Shown: in pieces, positions 47,149 through 56,596 of the stretch
How positions within the stretch are numbered: the first letter of the stretch is position 1
Layout: each line of letters begins with the position of its first letter
Origin: Candidatus Undinarchaeales archaeon
Lineage (GTDB): Archaea; SpSt-1190; JASMDC01
Assembly: GCA_030753015.1 (NCBI GenBank)
Contig: JASMDC010000014.1
Span: 16,440 to 80,439 of the forward strand
Length of the DNA stretch: 64,000 bases
Direction of reading: 5' to 3'
Made by a program: the position numbers and the translations under genes
Notes under the pieces: generated by a model
Databases searched by the model: none
Seen by the model: the letters and a program-made list of their open reading frames with translations, nothing else
Told to the model about the DNA's origin: nothing

Positions 47149-47242
47149 GGGGAACAGTGGCGCGGTGAAGCTTTTTATGTCCTCCGTGACCGGTCTCCGA
47201 CCCAAACACATACTTTTAAGCACGGACATGCCCACGGCCTAC

Positions 47243-47590
47243 ATGTTCATCGCCAAGGCCGAGGACGTTGACGAGCGCCCCGTGGAGATGGAGGGTGCCC
47301 GGGACATCACCATCCGATGGCTCATCGATCCAAAAGTGGGTGCAGAGAACTTTGCCATGCGCCTCTTCCGTCTTGAGAAGGACGGCTACACCCCATACCA
47401 CCAGCATGACTGGGAGCATGAGGTCTTCGTGCTCCGGGGCGATGGTATCGTTCGGACCGAGGAGGGCGACCACAAGCTCGGCCCACGAAGCGTGATCTTC
47501 ATGCCTGGCGGTAAGTGGCACCAGTTCCTCAACTCCGGTCCCGAGGAGTTCGAGTTCCTCTGCCTCATACCCAACTCGGGCGTGAAATAG
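47243..47590 (+). CDS. Cupin domain protein
   Basis: FAMRLF, TPYHQHDWEHEVFVLRG, FMPGGKWHQF. Start set at ATG 47243 (TTTTAAG TATA upstream). Confidence 0.9.
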   Translation: MFIAKAEDVDERPVEMEGARDITIRWLIDPKVGAENFAMRLFRLEKDGYTPYHQHDWEHEVFVLRGDGIVRTEEGDHKLGPRSVIFMPGGKWHQFLNSGPEEFEFLCLIPNSGVK

Positions 47591-47764
47591 GGACCTGTTC
47601 GGGCGGGCTTTTGAGCTCGCGGAGATCAGGGATCCAAAAAAAGATTGATTCTGGAGCGTCCAGAACGCGTCACAGAGCTATTAAGGTATAATAGGGTATA
47701 TGAATGTATAAAGCATACACATATAAAGAAGGGGACGCACACTCCTTTTTACCAGGTGATTAGT

Positions 47765-47881
47765 GTGAGCATACCCGAGCAGCAAAAGCGCAAGTGCGGA
47801 GAGTGCGAGTTCTGGAAGGACGATGTCTGTGTGGCCTACTCCTGTGTAGAGGCTGGCGAGCAGACTCAGAGCCTCTTCTAG
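47765..47881 (+). CDS. Small Cys-rich protein (38 aa)
   Basis: GTG after AGGTGA RBS: MSIPEQQKRKCGECEFWKDDVCVAYSCVEAGEQTQSLF; AT-rich promoter upstream. Confidence 0.55.
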   Translation: MSIPEQQKRKCGECEFWKDDVCVAYSCVEAGEQTQSLF

Positions 47882-48002
47882 ACTGAATTAACCAACACCT
47901 GCCCGAATTCTTCCGTAGTTGGAGACATCGCAATCGAAGAGTCCATCGATTATCGAGACCACTGATAGGATTGTTGTCATCCCGGAGAGCATTGTGGGTG
48001 CT

Positions 48003-49436
48003 CTAGAGGTCGTCGAACCCTGCACCGCCACCAGCCGAGATGTCAGACAACGATTCTGGCTCGGCGGCTGGCCGGGGAGCAGGTTCCGGAGGCGAACCTT
48101 GAGCGAGCTCAGGTTCGTCCCTCGGTTCAGGCGAGGGTTCTGGCTTATCTGCAGCAGGTTCCACCTTGGGGAGAGGCTTGTGATGCTTCCGCTCGCGTTT
48201 CTTTGGCTTCGTCTTCACTGTCGCACTCCTGCCAATAGTGACCACGTATCGATCCACGGTCACGGTATGCTGGACGGTAGACACGATACCCGCGGCAAGG
48301 AGGGCCGAGAAGATCCCGGTGGAAAGGAACGACGTCAGGGGTCGGACGAGGCTCTGGGTGAACATCGTCGTCGTGAAGACGATGAACGCGGTGATGTAGG
48401 GGAGGTAGTCTAGCATGGTGACGACCATGCCCATGGTGTCCTTCAACTGCTTCGTACCGTCCTCCATCTGCTGGCGCACCTGGGGAGAGGTCTTCACGAC
48501 CTCGTCCACGAGGTCATCGACAGTAAGCGTGCTCCAGTCCTTTCTTGTGTCCACACCATAGCTGTTCAGGATCTGGCCCATACTGGTGTCGGTCTGGTCC
48601 TCCACCTGATCCTCGGTGACGCCCGATGGGAGCTGGCGACGCACCATCCCACGAACGCAAGGACGGAGCTGATCGGAACCTTTACAACCCAATTGGCCCT
48701 CGACGCTCCCCGATACCTGTTTCTTGGCCATCTGCTGGGTAGCACCCTCAAGGATGTCATTCATGCACAGTTCGGTGTCATCATGTGTGCATTTGAACTC
48801 GCCTTCGAAGCCCACATTGGAGAACAAGTTCCCCAGGAGCTGGTCGCGCATGTCGGCCTGGTCGCGCACGACGACATTGTACGCGACAAGGGCAAGGGCC
48901 AGTGCTACGATGAACATGAATCCTGCCGCCCCTGCTGACGATACCTCGCCGCCGGAGAACTGGATGAGCGCTGAGAACTTCTTCCAGGAGGCGTAGGCGG
49001 AATAAATGCACGCTAAGAGGATGGCCGCAGAGACCGTCTGCGTACCGGACGAGGAGCCCAGCCTCATCATCATAGCCCCGATGATGCCCAATGACACCAT
49101 CAGCCCTCCGGCCAGTGGTATCGGACAGAGCACTGCGGATACCGCGATGAGAGAAATGACCAGTGCAGCATAAAGGCACAGAATGATGACAAGGGCCAGA
49201 TTTCCCCTGATGAGGCCGAAGAAACCGCCACCACTCTCGCCATCGTCATCCCCACCACCGAGGTTGGTCGGGAGCACGAGCGTCATGAGGTCCGCTTTGC
49301 TCGGGAGGTCCATGGTCCCGAGCTTGGCAAAGAGGAGAACGCTTGCCGTGAGCACCACCAAGAAACTGAGAAGCGGGACAATAAAGTCGCTCATCGGATT
49401 GCTGTCGCCCATGACATGACTGGGGCGCGATAACAC
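48003..49436 (-). CDS. Hypothetical multi-pass membrane protein with Pro/Glu-rich tail
   Basis: About 7 TM helices, a helical loop and a PEPSPEP tail; start uncertain. Confidence 0.65.
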   Translation of the reverse strand: MLSRPSHVMGDSNPMSDFIVPLLSFLVVLTASVLLFAKLGTMDLPSKADLMTLVLPTNLGGGDDDGESGGGFFGLIRGNLALVIILCLYAALVISLIAVSAVLCPIPLAGGLMVSLGIIGAMMMRLGSSSGTQTVSAAILLACIYSAYASWKKFSALIQFSGGEVSSAGAAGFMFIVALALALVAYNVVVRDQADMRDQLLGNLFSNVGFEGEFKCTHDDTELCMNDILEGATQQMAKKQVSGSVEGQLGCKGSDQLRPCVRGMVRRQLPSGVTEDQVEDQTDTSMGQILNSYGVDTRKDWSTLTVDDLVDEVVKTSPQVRQQMEDGTKQLKDTMGMVVTMLDYLPYITAFIVFTTTMFTQSLVRPLTSFLSTGIFSALLAAGIVSTVQHTVTVDRYVVTIGRSATVKTKPKKRERKHHKPLPKVEPAADKPEPSPEPRDEPELAQGSPPEPAPRPAAEPESLSDISAGGGAGFDDL

Positions 49437-49503
49437 ATATAAAGGCTCGCTGCTGGCGTCCCGGGACCAATCCTTTTAAATAGCGAACCTCTCTCCGCAG
49501 GCC

Positions 49504-50511
49504 ATGAAGCGCATCGCCCTGCTCTCGGCGGGAGGAACCCTCGGTGCCGTAAGAGAGGACGGGACCGAGACCCTGATCCCGGGACATGACAGCCCCGACC
49601 TACTAGACAAGGTACCGGAGTTGGTACGCATCGCCGATATTGTCCCCAGGGTGCTCTTCAACCACGACTCATCCAACCTCCAGCCACACCACTGGGTGCA
49701 GGTTGCCGAAGCGGTACATCGTGCCTTCACCGAGGATGATGTGGACGGTGTAGTGGTCACGCATGGTACCGACACCATGGCCTATACAGCTGCAGCCCTC
49801 TCGCTCATGGTCCGCCACCTCCCGGGGCCAGTCGTGCTCACAGGCTCACAGCTCCCATTCTCAGAAGTCGGCTCGGACGGGCGACGCAACCTTCTCGATG
49901 CCTTTCGCGTAGCCACCGAGGCGGACCTTGGAGAAGTCGTTCTGGTGTTCAATGGCAAGATCATCCGGGGATCACGGTCGAAGAAGATGCGCGCCTTGGC
50001 CTACGATGCTTTCGAGAGCGTGGGAATGCCGTTGGTTGGCACGGTTGAGGCAGATATTGTCCTTTCCCCGCATGCCCGACCGCGTATCGCAGGGACTCCC
50101 GTGCTCGATACACGCTTGGCCGATGATGTCTGCTTGGTCAAGCTATTCCCTGGCTTCCATCCATCCCTGCTCCCCACCATCGCGGACAGTCACCACGGCA
50201 TCGTGCTCGAGGGATTCGGTGCGGGGAACGTCCCCACTGACGAACTGAGCCTGGTCCCTACCATCAAGAAAGTGGTCGGATCGGGATGCCACGTGGTGCT
50301 CACCACCCAGTGCGTGTTCGGTGCTGCGTGGTCGGACGTGTACAAGACGGGGCTTCTGGCGCTCGAGTCGGGGGCCATCCCGGCCTACGACATGAACTCC
50401 GAGGCCGCACTAGTAAAGCTCATGTGGGTCCTCGGCCATACGACTGAACCTGAGAAGGTCAGGTCAATGATGCACACGGACTATGCCGGAGAGATAACCG
50501 CGAGGTCGTGA
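49504..50511 (+). CDS. ansA: L-asparaginase type I
   Basis: AGGTL, DSSN, HGTDTMAY, TGSQLP, GFGAGN, TTQC, EAALVKLMW; lacks the GatD N-terminal domain. Confidence 0.9.
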   Translation: MKRIALLSAGGTLGAVREDGTETLIPGHDSPDLLDKVPELVRIADIVPRVLFNHDSSNLQPHHWVQVAEAVHRAFTEDDVDGVVVTHGTDTMAYTAAALSLMVRHLPGPVVLTGSQLPFSEVGSDGRRNLLDAFRVATEADLGEVVLVFNGKIIRGSRSKKMRALAYDAFESVGMPLVGTVEADIVLSPHARPRIAGTPVLDTRLADDVCLVKLFPGFHPSLLPTIADSHHGIVLEGFGAGNVPTDELSLVPTIKKVVGSGCHVVLTTQCVFGAAWSDVYKTGLLALESGAIPAYDMNSEAALVKLMWVLGHTTEPEKVRSMMHTDYAGEITARS

Positions 50512-50515
50512 ACCC

Positions 50516-50914
50516 TCACTCTTCCTTCTCGTCGTCTTCGTTCTCTTCGTCGCTATTCTCGTCCTCTTCCCCATCATCCTTTTCGTCGGCCTCATCCTCG
50601 TCATCTTCGATGACCTCGATCTCGATCACGTCGGGTGACGCCACTCCAAATTGTACCAAGTGTTCTCGCGTGATCCCGCAGAACAGGCTTATCGTGGTCG
50701 CTGTGGCCAGGACGATGCCCTCGTTCACGACCGTTTCGAGCAGGAGCGCAATGGTGAATGAGAATACGGGCACAATAACGAGGCTCATGCCCAGGCCCAT
50801 CGCTAGCGCCTCCACATTGTCCATGCGGCCGTAAACACGTCGGGAGAAGAGGTACCCGGGCGTGAAGAACACGTATATGGCCACGAACGCTAGATAGGCG
50901 TAGCGAAGCACCAT
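50516..50914 (-). CDS. Small membrane protein (DUF1616-like) with acidic tail
   Basis: FFTPGY...VEALAMGLGMSLVIVP; D/E-rich C-terminus. Confidence 0.65.
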   Translation of the reverse strand: MVLRYAYLAFVAIYVFFTPGYLFSRRVYGRMDNVEALAMGLGMSLVIVPVFSFTIALLLETVVNEGIVLATATTISLFCGITREHLVQFGVASPDVIEIEVIEDDEDEADEKDDGEEDENSDEENEDDEKEE

Positions 50915-50966
50915 CGGGGGAGCCAGTGCCGTTTACTTATATAAACCTACTTGCCCATGCCGTCGC

Positions 50967-52664
50967 ATGGGGCTGGATGGGCTGCCACTGGCGTGCGCAG
51001 CACTGAACCTGGCTCTCGTCATCCTATTAGCCGTGCGCCATCGTAAGCAGCTGCTCGCCCCCCTGCATCGTGGAAGGCCCGAGATAAGGATGGCCCTTGT
51101 CGCCATCACCATCGTAGCCATTCTCCTCCGCGCCACGGTGCCGTACAAGCACGTGGAGGCATTCGATAGCGAGCTGATGTTCGTGGAACTGGGTCGCGGA
51201 GTTCTCCTCGAACGCGTCGATGCCTACTGTATCCTTGGGAGTCTGGGTGATTGCGAGGTACTTCGCCGCTATTCCCTCCCCGTCTATCCGCTCGTGGTGT
51301 CCGTCTCACATGGCATTCTGGGTGTGGACGAGGAGCTACCGGTATGGCTTTCTGTTGTCGCGGGTACCCTGACGGTCCCGGTGTTGTTCCTGCTGGTGTC
51401 CATGCTCATTGGCCAGGAGGCCGGGCTCATTGCGGCACTAGCGCTCGCCTTCCTTCCTATGCATATCGTATACTCCACGACAATCCACTCCGAGGCGGTG
51501 TCCGTCCTGTTCGAGGCCATAGCGGCCCTCGCCCTGGTTAATGCATGGCGTGCTCGTACGCGCTCGAGCTCGCTGTTCGCCGGTGCGACCATCGCACTCT
51601 TTTTCCAGATCAGGCTGGACAACGTCATTGTCCTGCCGTTCCTCGCAGCATTGGTGCTCCTGGCGAAAAGCGGACGCTTCCGCACGATCGCACTCTTCGT
51701 CCCATTCCTGCTCGCGGTCCCCTCGTGGTCACAGTACGCGGACTACACCCGCTACTCGTGGTCACAGGAAGGCGAGGAACCGGCAGGCACGATCGACCTA
51801 TCTCCTGAATTCCTCATGTCAAGGACGCCCTACATCCGCATGCTCTTCTCCGGTGTGTACATCCCAGCGGGGACCGCGCTTCTCGTCCTGCTCGGCATCG
51901 CGGCCCTCGCTCGCCAGGACCGTCGCCTCGCATTCATCGTACTGGCATGGTTCTTACTTCGACTGGGCATCTTCATAGTCCATGGCGATCCGCTCTTCCA
52001 GCCCAGGTCCGTACTCGCCTTCTCACTAGCGCTCTGCACTCTCGCCGGCGCCGGCGGAGGCGCTCTCGCAAGCCAGGGGGCGCTGCCCATGGTGTCGGCG
52101 GTCCTCCTTATCGCTCTCGGGTCCCTCCCTACCATCGCCCTCGCCTCGCAACTGCAACCCGCTGAACTCCTCGTCGGTCGGCTCTGGGCCGCGGTAGGAC
52201 TCCCCGTCATCATCGCACTGTCCACTGCCGGGCGCACAGGCCCGTGGCGTCGCGTCCTCGTCGCCTCTACTCTGGCCCTCCTTGTCTGTGGCGGTGTACT
52301 GTACACTACCGACGCAGCAGCGGTCACGTCCGTCTCGCCCGACCGGTACACGTTCGAGCGGGATTTCTTCATCTTAGCGAGGACCGTGGTCGGGGAGGAC
52401 TGCACCGTAGCGTCCTTCGTACCATTCTATGCGGGAAGACGCATGGACCGTCCCGTTGTGTCAGTGGAGGATCCTGAGCTGCTGGAGGGGCTGGTCGGTT
52501 CGGACGCATGCGTCGTGTACGTCGAGATGTCCAAGTCCCGTGTCCCCTGGGTGACCAAGCGGTTCCAGCTTGGACCGAAGCATACTCTGGACATGCCTAG
52601 AGACGCTGTGTCCCGGGTACGCTACTCAATGTACGTGACACGTATCGAGGGGGTCGCACCGTGA
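50967..52664 (+). CDS. GT-C (family 39/ArnT-like) membrane glycosyltransferase
   Basis: AFDSE loop after the first TMs, AFLPMHIVYS..HSE, QIRLDN, FQPR; many TMs. Confidence 0.7.
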   Translation: MGLDGLPLACAALNLALVILLAVRHRKQLLAPLHRGRPEIRMALVAITIVAILLRATVPYKHVEAFDSELMFVELGRGVLLERVDAYCILGSLGDCEVLRRYSLPVYPLVVSVSHGILGVDEELPVWLSVVAGTLTVPVLFLLVSMLIGQEAGLIAALALAFLPMHIVYSTTIHSEAVSVLFEAIAALALVNAWRARTRSSSLFAGATIALFFQIRLDNVIVLPFLAALVLLAKSGRFRTIALFVPFLLAVPSWSQYADYTRYSWSQEGEEPAGTIDLSPEFLMSRTPYIRMLFSGVYIPAGTALLVLLGIAALARQDRRLAFIVLAWFLLRLGIFIVHGDPLFQPRSVLAFSLALCTLAGAGGGALASQGALPMVSAVLLIALGSLPTIALASQLQPAELLVGRLWAAVGLPVIIALSTAGRTGPWRRVLVASTLALLVCGGVLYTTDAAAVTSVSPDRYTFERDFFILARTVVGEDCTVASFVPFYAGRRMDRPVVSVEDPELLEGLVGSDACVVYVEMSKSRVPWVTKRFQLGPKHTLDMPRDAVSRVRYSMYVTRIEGVAP

Positions 52665-54739
52665 GGTGGGCGGTCCTCCTCCTGGTCATAGCCCTTGCAG
52701 TCTCGCAGACGGATTGGGATGACTCCGGTACCTTGATCACGGACCCGACCGGCGATGCCTCCGCCAGGGGACCGGACCTCTCGGGCCTGCGTACGCGTAT
52801 CGAGGGTGGACGCCTCTTGGTCCGCATTGAGGCCACCGGACCGTTCCACCAAGCGAACGTCATCGAGCTCGTGCTCAATACCGATGGGGACGAGGGGCGT
52901 GAGTACTCGATCAACGTAGCCCCCGACGGCACCATCCGCCTCTTTGACGAGGAACCCCTCCTCAAGGAGCTCGATGCCATCGGGACAGAAGCACATCTCG
53001 ATGGATCGGACGTACTTGAAGTGAGCATATCCCTCGAGGCCATCGGTAATCCCTTGTCCGTAGTAGTTGGTGTCGTCGCCTATGAGGTCGCAGGCGCTTC
53101 CGGACCGTCGGATAGACTGTTTCCGGATGTCTGGCAGTTCACACCGAGCCCTGCACCGCCTCCGGACGGGACGGCCCGCACTCTTGCCGGGCTCCGGCAG
53201 GAGGCGCTCACCATCCTTCTGTTCGCCGGTCTTGTGCTATCCCTCGTCAGACTACGCCGTCCGATGGCAAGCACGTTCGCCCACGTAGAGAGGCCGATCA
53301 TTGCGGCGTTGTGGGCCGTGTGCGCTCTCGCTCTTCTGATCCGCGTCGCACCATGGATCGGTCCGTTCACACCGCGCGTGTTCATGGACGAGTGGGGCTA
53401 CAGCGAGGGAGCACGCTTCATTCTCGTCGAAGGCAAGCACGACCTGTGCACCATGGGCAGGCTGGGCGAGTGTTACCGAACGGCACCGTCCCCACTCCCT
53501 GTCGGGTGGCCCGTGCTCATAGCCCTTTCCGATTCCCTGGTGGGCGGAGGGTCCGGCCCATCGTTGTCCTTGGTAGCAGCGCTCATATCCCTTCCGTTCC
53601 TCTTCCTCGCTGGACTTCTGGCAGGCCTCCCCCCAATCCACGCGCTCGTGCCCCCCACGCTCTTGGCCCTCCTCCCCCTGCATGTCCGCTATGCTACGAC
53701 GACCTCCTATGAGCCGGTATCCATACTGCTCCTCACCATCGCTATGTGCGGTGCGCTCGTCCATGGCCGGTGGCGACGTCACATGGCACTGTCGTCAGCC
53801 TGCTTCGCTATGGCACTTGCGCTGGCGGTGTCCCCTGCGGCTGCCATGGCTCTCCCGGCCATCGCAATCGCAGCCCGCCCACGCCTTCGCGACCTCGTGC
53901 TCGTTGGGCTCGTTCTTGGGACCGCCATTATCCCGTCATACCTCTCCCACGAGCTTTCCTGGTCAGGCTCATCTCTGGGAGAGATGTTCGTAACGACCGG
54001 AGAGGACGTGCTCAGGTCCCTGTGGTTCTGGTGGGGGACCGGCCACCACACACCGTTGGTGACGCTCCTCGCACTTAGCGGGGCGATAGCCCTCGCAAGG
54101 CAGGACCGGCATACAGCACTTGCGTTCCTGGCCTGGTTCCTCGTAACCGCTACGGCCTTCACGCTCCATCGCATCCCCCTCACAGACTGCAATCAGGACC
54201 GCCACATGCTCCTCGCCTACCCCCCGCTGCTCGTCCTCGCAGGCGCCGGCGTATGGTGGGCCTCCGAGCGCACGAAGGCCCGACCGCATTGGTTGCTGGT
54301 CGTGCTCGTGGTCGCTTCGCTCCCGCTCCTTCCCGAGGTGTTCTCGACACCGGGATGCCCCTACGGTCCGCTCCAGGAGGCGAGCTTCGCGCCGGTGGCC
54401 GCCGCTGCCATCCCGGACGACTGCTACGTCCTTACCGCATCCCCCTTCTTCGTGAACAACGCATGGGGGAGGCGGGCGATGGCGCTCCAGTACGAGCATG
54501 CCGCTCAGGTGATGGTGGCCAGGGGCGATTGCGTATTCCTCTATGAGAACGTGTTCTGCCGGGAGCTATCGAACCTCCCTACGACCGGAAGAACGCTCCC
54601 CGCCACATGTCGCAGATACCATGAGAATTTCCGATTGGTCCCTGTGCGGGACAGCCGCCTGTATAAAGATCCCACGTCCCAGGCCCGCATCACGCTCTAT
54701 AAGGTACGGCCCCGTGGTTCTATCTCGGCCACGGTGTAG
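52661..54739 (+). CDS. GT-C membrane glycosyltransferase with N-terminal extracellular beta-sandwich domain
   Basis: Signal peptide, TDPTGDA...LEVSISLEAIG domain, then FMDEW, LLPLHVRYA..SYE, QDRH; paralogue of the upstream gene. Confidence 0.68.
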   Translation: MRWAVLLLVIALAVSQTDWDDSGTLITDPTGDASARGPDLSGLRTRIEGGRLLVRIEATGPFHQANVIELVLNTDGDEGREYSINVAPDGTIRLFDEEPLLKELDAIGTEAHLDGSDVLEVSISLEAIGNPLSVVVGVVAYEVAGASGPSDRLFPDVWQFTPSPAPPPDGTARTLAGLRQEALTILLFAGLVLSLVRLRRPMASTFAHVERPIIAALWAVCALALLIRVAPWIGPFTPRVFMDEWGYSEGARFILVEGKHDLCTMGRLGECYRTAPSPLPVGWPVLIALSDSLVGGGSGPSLSLVAALISLPFLFLAGLLAGLPPIHALVPPTLLALLPLHVRYATTTSYEPVSILLLTIAMCGALVHGRWRRHMALSSACFAMALALAVSPAAAMALPAIAIAARPRLRDLVLVGLVLGTAIIPSYLSHELSWSGSSLGEMFVTTGEDVLRSLWFWWGTGHHTPLVTLLALSGAIALARQDRHTALAFLAWFLVTATAFTLHRIPLTDCNQDRHMLLAYPPLLVLAGAGVWWASERTKARPHWLLVVLVVASLPLLPEVFSTPGCPYGPLQEASFAPVAAAAIPDDCYVLTASPFFVNNAWGRRAMALQYEHAAQVMVARGDCVFLYENVFCRELSNLPTTGRTLPATCRRYHENFRLVPVRDSRLYKDPTSQARITLYKVRPRGSISATV

Positions 54740-55245
54740 CCCGAATCGAAGGCGAGCACGGCCCAGGCACCTTGCCAGGGGAGCAGAGCCCATATAGCGG
54801 CGCCGACCGCGGTGAGCTTCAGGAAAGGACGTAGCTTGAGCACCCAGCCCCGCTTCATACCACGTCCAGATGACTCAGCTGCCTCGTCACCCACCTCATC
54901 CATCGTGGCTGCTACGGCGAGCACCAGGAGTGTAATGACCGCAGGTGGCGCGACCCCCCAGAGGAGTACACCGGCGACGAGCGCTCCGAGCCCCGTCCAA
55001 TGCGCGGGACAGTCGACCTTCCCTGTCAACATGCTCCCTGCAAGGATTGCTAGCACCACTGTGGAAAAGGAAGGCCGCACTGACATGAGAACGGCAAGGA
55101 TTAGTCCGCTACCGGCCCCGGCCACCATCCCCCACGAGGCCTCCGTCCGCGAAGGATTGCGGTCCGCCACCTTCATGAGGTGTCCTGCGATAAAGAAGAG
55201 CCCGAGTTCGAGGAGAGGATCATTGAGAGGAAGGGGCATCGGCAC
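54697..55245 (-). CDS. Hypothetical membrane protein
   Basis: About 6 TM helices with KVAD, GKVD..H, DE..D and FD.GY motifs. Confidence 0.6.
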   Translation of the reverse strand: MPMPLPLNDPLLELGLFFIAGHLMKVADRNPSRTEASWGMVAGAGSGLILAVLMSVRPSFSTVVLAILAGSMLTGKVDCPAHWTGLGALVAGVLLWGVAPPAVITLLVLAVAATMDEVGDEAAESSGRGMKRGWVLKLRPFLKLTAVGAAIWALLPWQGAWAVLAFDSGYTVAEIEPRGRTL

Positions 55246-55405
55246 GAGAACCCCCCTATTCCTTTAAAACATCCTCCCTTAGAGCGATGTTGTGGGCATT
55301 TGACAGCCTACAATCCTTTGTCGACTACCAGACGGGAGGACTGATCCGGACGACCAGTGCGCCGCCCCCGTGAAGCTTATATAGATTTGGCGCGGAGGAG
55401 CAGTC

Positions 55406-56587
55406 ATGCCTCGGATCACGCGAGTCTCTCTCGTGATCACGATGTGGCTCGCGTTGACCTTGGTGCATGCTGCTTCATACGGATCTCAGATAGGGGAGAC
55501 GGGACGGGCGGGGAAAGGCAGGGACCTTCTCCAAAGTCCTACCGGGATTCATGCCTCCGACTTCGACCTCTATGTCGCGGACACCGGCAACCACCGTATT
55601 GTACTCTATGACTTGGACGGTAAATATCTCGGGCAGATCGGCGGTAAAGGCGGTTACAGGGATATAAATGGGAACGGAGAGGAGGACGCTTTCGAGAGTG
55701 GCTCTGGAACGGATAATGAGCACTTTACCAATCCCCGTGGAGTGTACGCCACTACCGATGCAATCTACGTCGCGGACACGGGAAACAACAGGATCATGGT
55801 CTATGACATGGACCAGAACTTCAAGTTCCAGATCGGGAACCTGACCGCGGGCATCGAGATGAACGAGTTCAACGGCCCCTCGGACGTTTTCGCCGACTCC
55901 AGCTCCATCTACGTGGTGGACATAAACAACCACCGAGTGAACATATTCGACCTGCAGGGAAAGTACGTCAAACAGGTAGGGGTCACAGGGACCGCTTCAG
56001 ATAGCGACAACACGCTCAATATGCCCTCAGGGGTGGGCTTGGGCGACTTCCTGTACATAGCCGACTCGAAGAACCACCGCGTCACCTATTATGATGAAAT
56101 GCTGGAGTACGTCGGCCAGATAGGAAAGAACGAACCCGGTACCGGCGACCTTGCTCTGCACTCTCCACGCGGCGTGTTCATTGACGACGACCGTATTTAC
56201 GTGGCCGATACCCGTAACAACCGGATCGGCATCTTCTTCATGAGCGGTGACCTGGACGAGCACATCGGTGGCTCGGCGGCCTCAGAAGAGTCGCGCCTCA
56301 AGGCGCCATCTGACGTTACGGTGACCAGCTCACGTGTCTATGTGGTGGACTCAGGCAACCATCGGGTGGTCATATTCAACCAGAGCACGACAGTCTCCTA
56401 TTTCACGTTCTTCATCATCCTGCTACTCATAGCCGGTGCTATCGGCGGCACGATCTATAAGTTCCAGAACGAGCTTGAAGAGCTCATCTTCCCTGACCAT
56501 GACCTTGGCGCTAAGTACGGCCCAACTGCGGACGTGATTGAGGAAAGCGAGGAGATGCGTCAGCAGATGTGGGATGCTCAGGAGTAA
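55406..56587 (+). CDS. NHL-repeat beta-propeller surface protein with C-terminal TM
   Basis: Signal peptide; six P.GV....IYVADT.N.RI repeats; TM FFIILLLIAGAIG. Confidence 0.9.
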   Translation: MPRITRVSLVITMWLALTLVHAASYGSQIGETGRAGKGRDLLQSPTGIHASDFDLYVADTGNHRIVLYDLDGKYLGQIGGKGGYRDINGNGEEDAFESGSGTDNEHFTNPRGVYATTDAIYVADTGNNRIMVYDMDQNFKFQIGNLTAGIEMNEFNGPSDVFADSSSIYVVDINNHRVNIFDLQGKYVKQVGVTGTASDSDNTLNMPSGVGLGDFLYIADSKNHRVTYYDEMLEYVGQIGKNEPGTGDLALHSPRGVFIDDDRIYVADTRNNRIGIFFMSGDLDEHIGGSAASEESRLKAPSDVTVTSSRVYVVDSGNHRVVIFNQSTTVSYFTFFIILLLIAGAIGGTIYKFQNELEELIFPDHDLGAKYGPTADVIEESEEMRQQMWDAQE

Positions 56588-56596
56588 CGGGGAACG

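Noticed and set aside
49504-50511. GatD amidotransferase subunit
   Set aside because: It lacks the GatD N-terminal domain and has no adjacent gatE; its length fits type I asparaginase.
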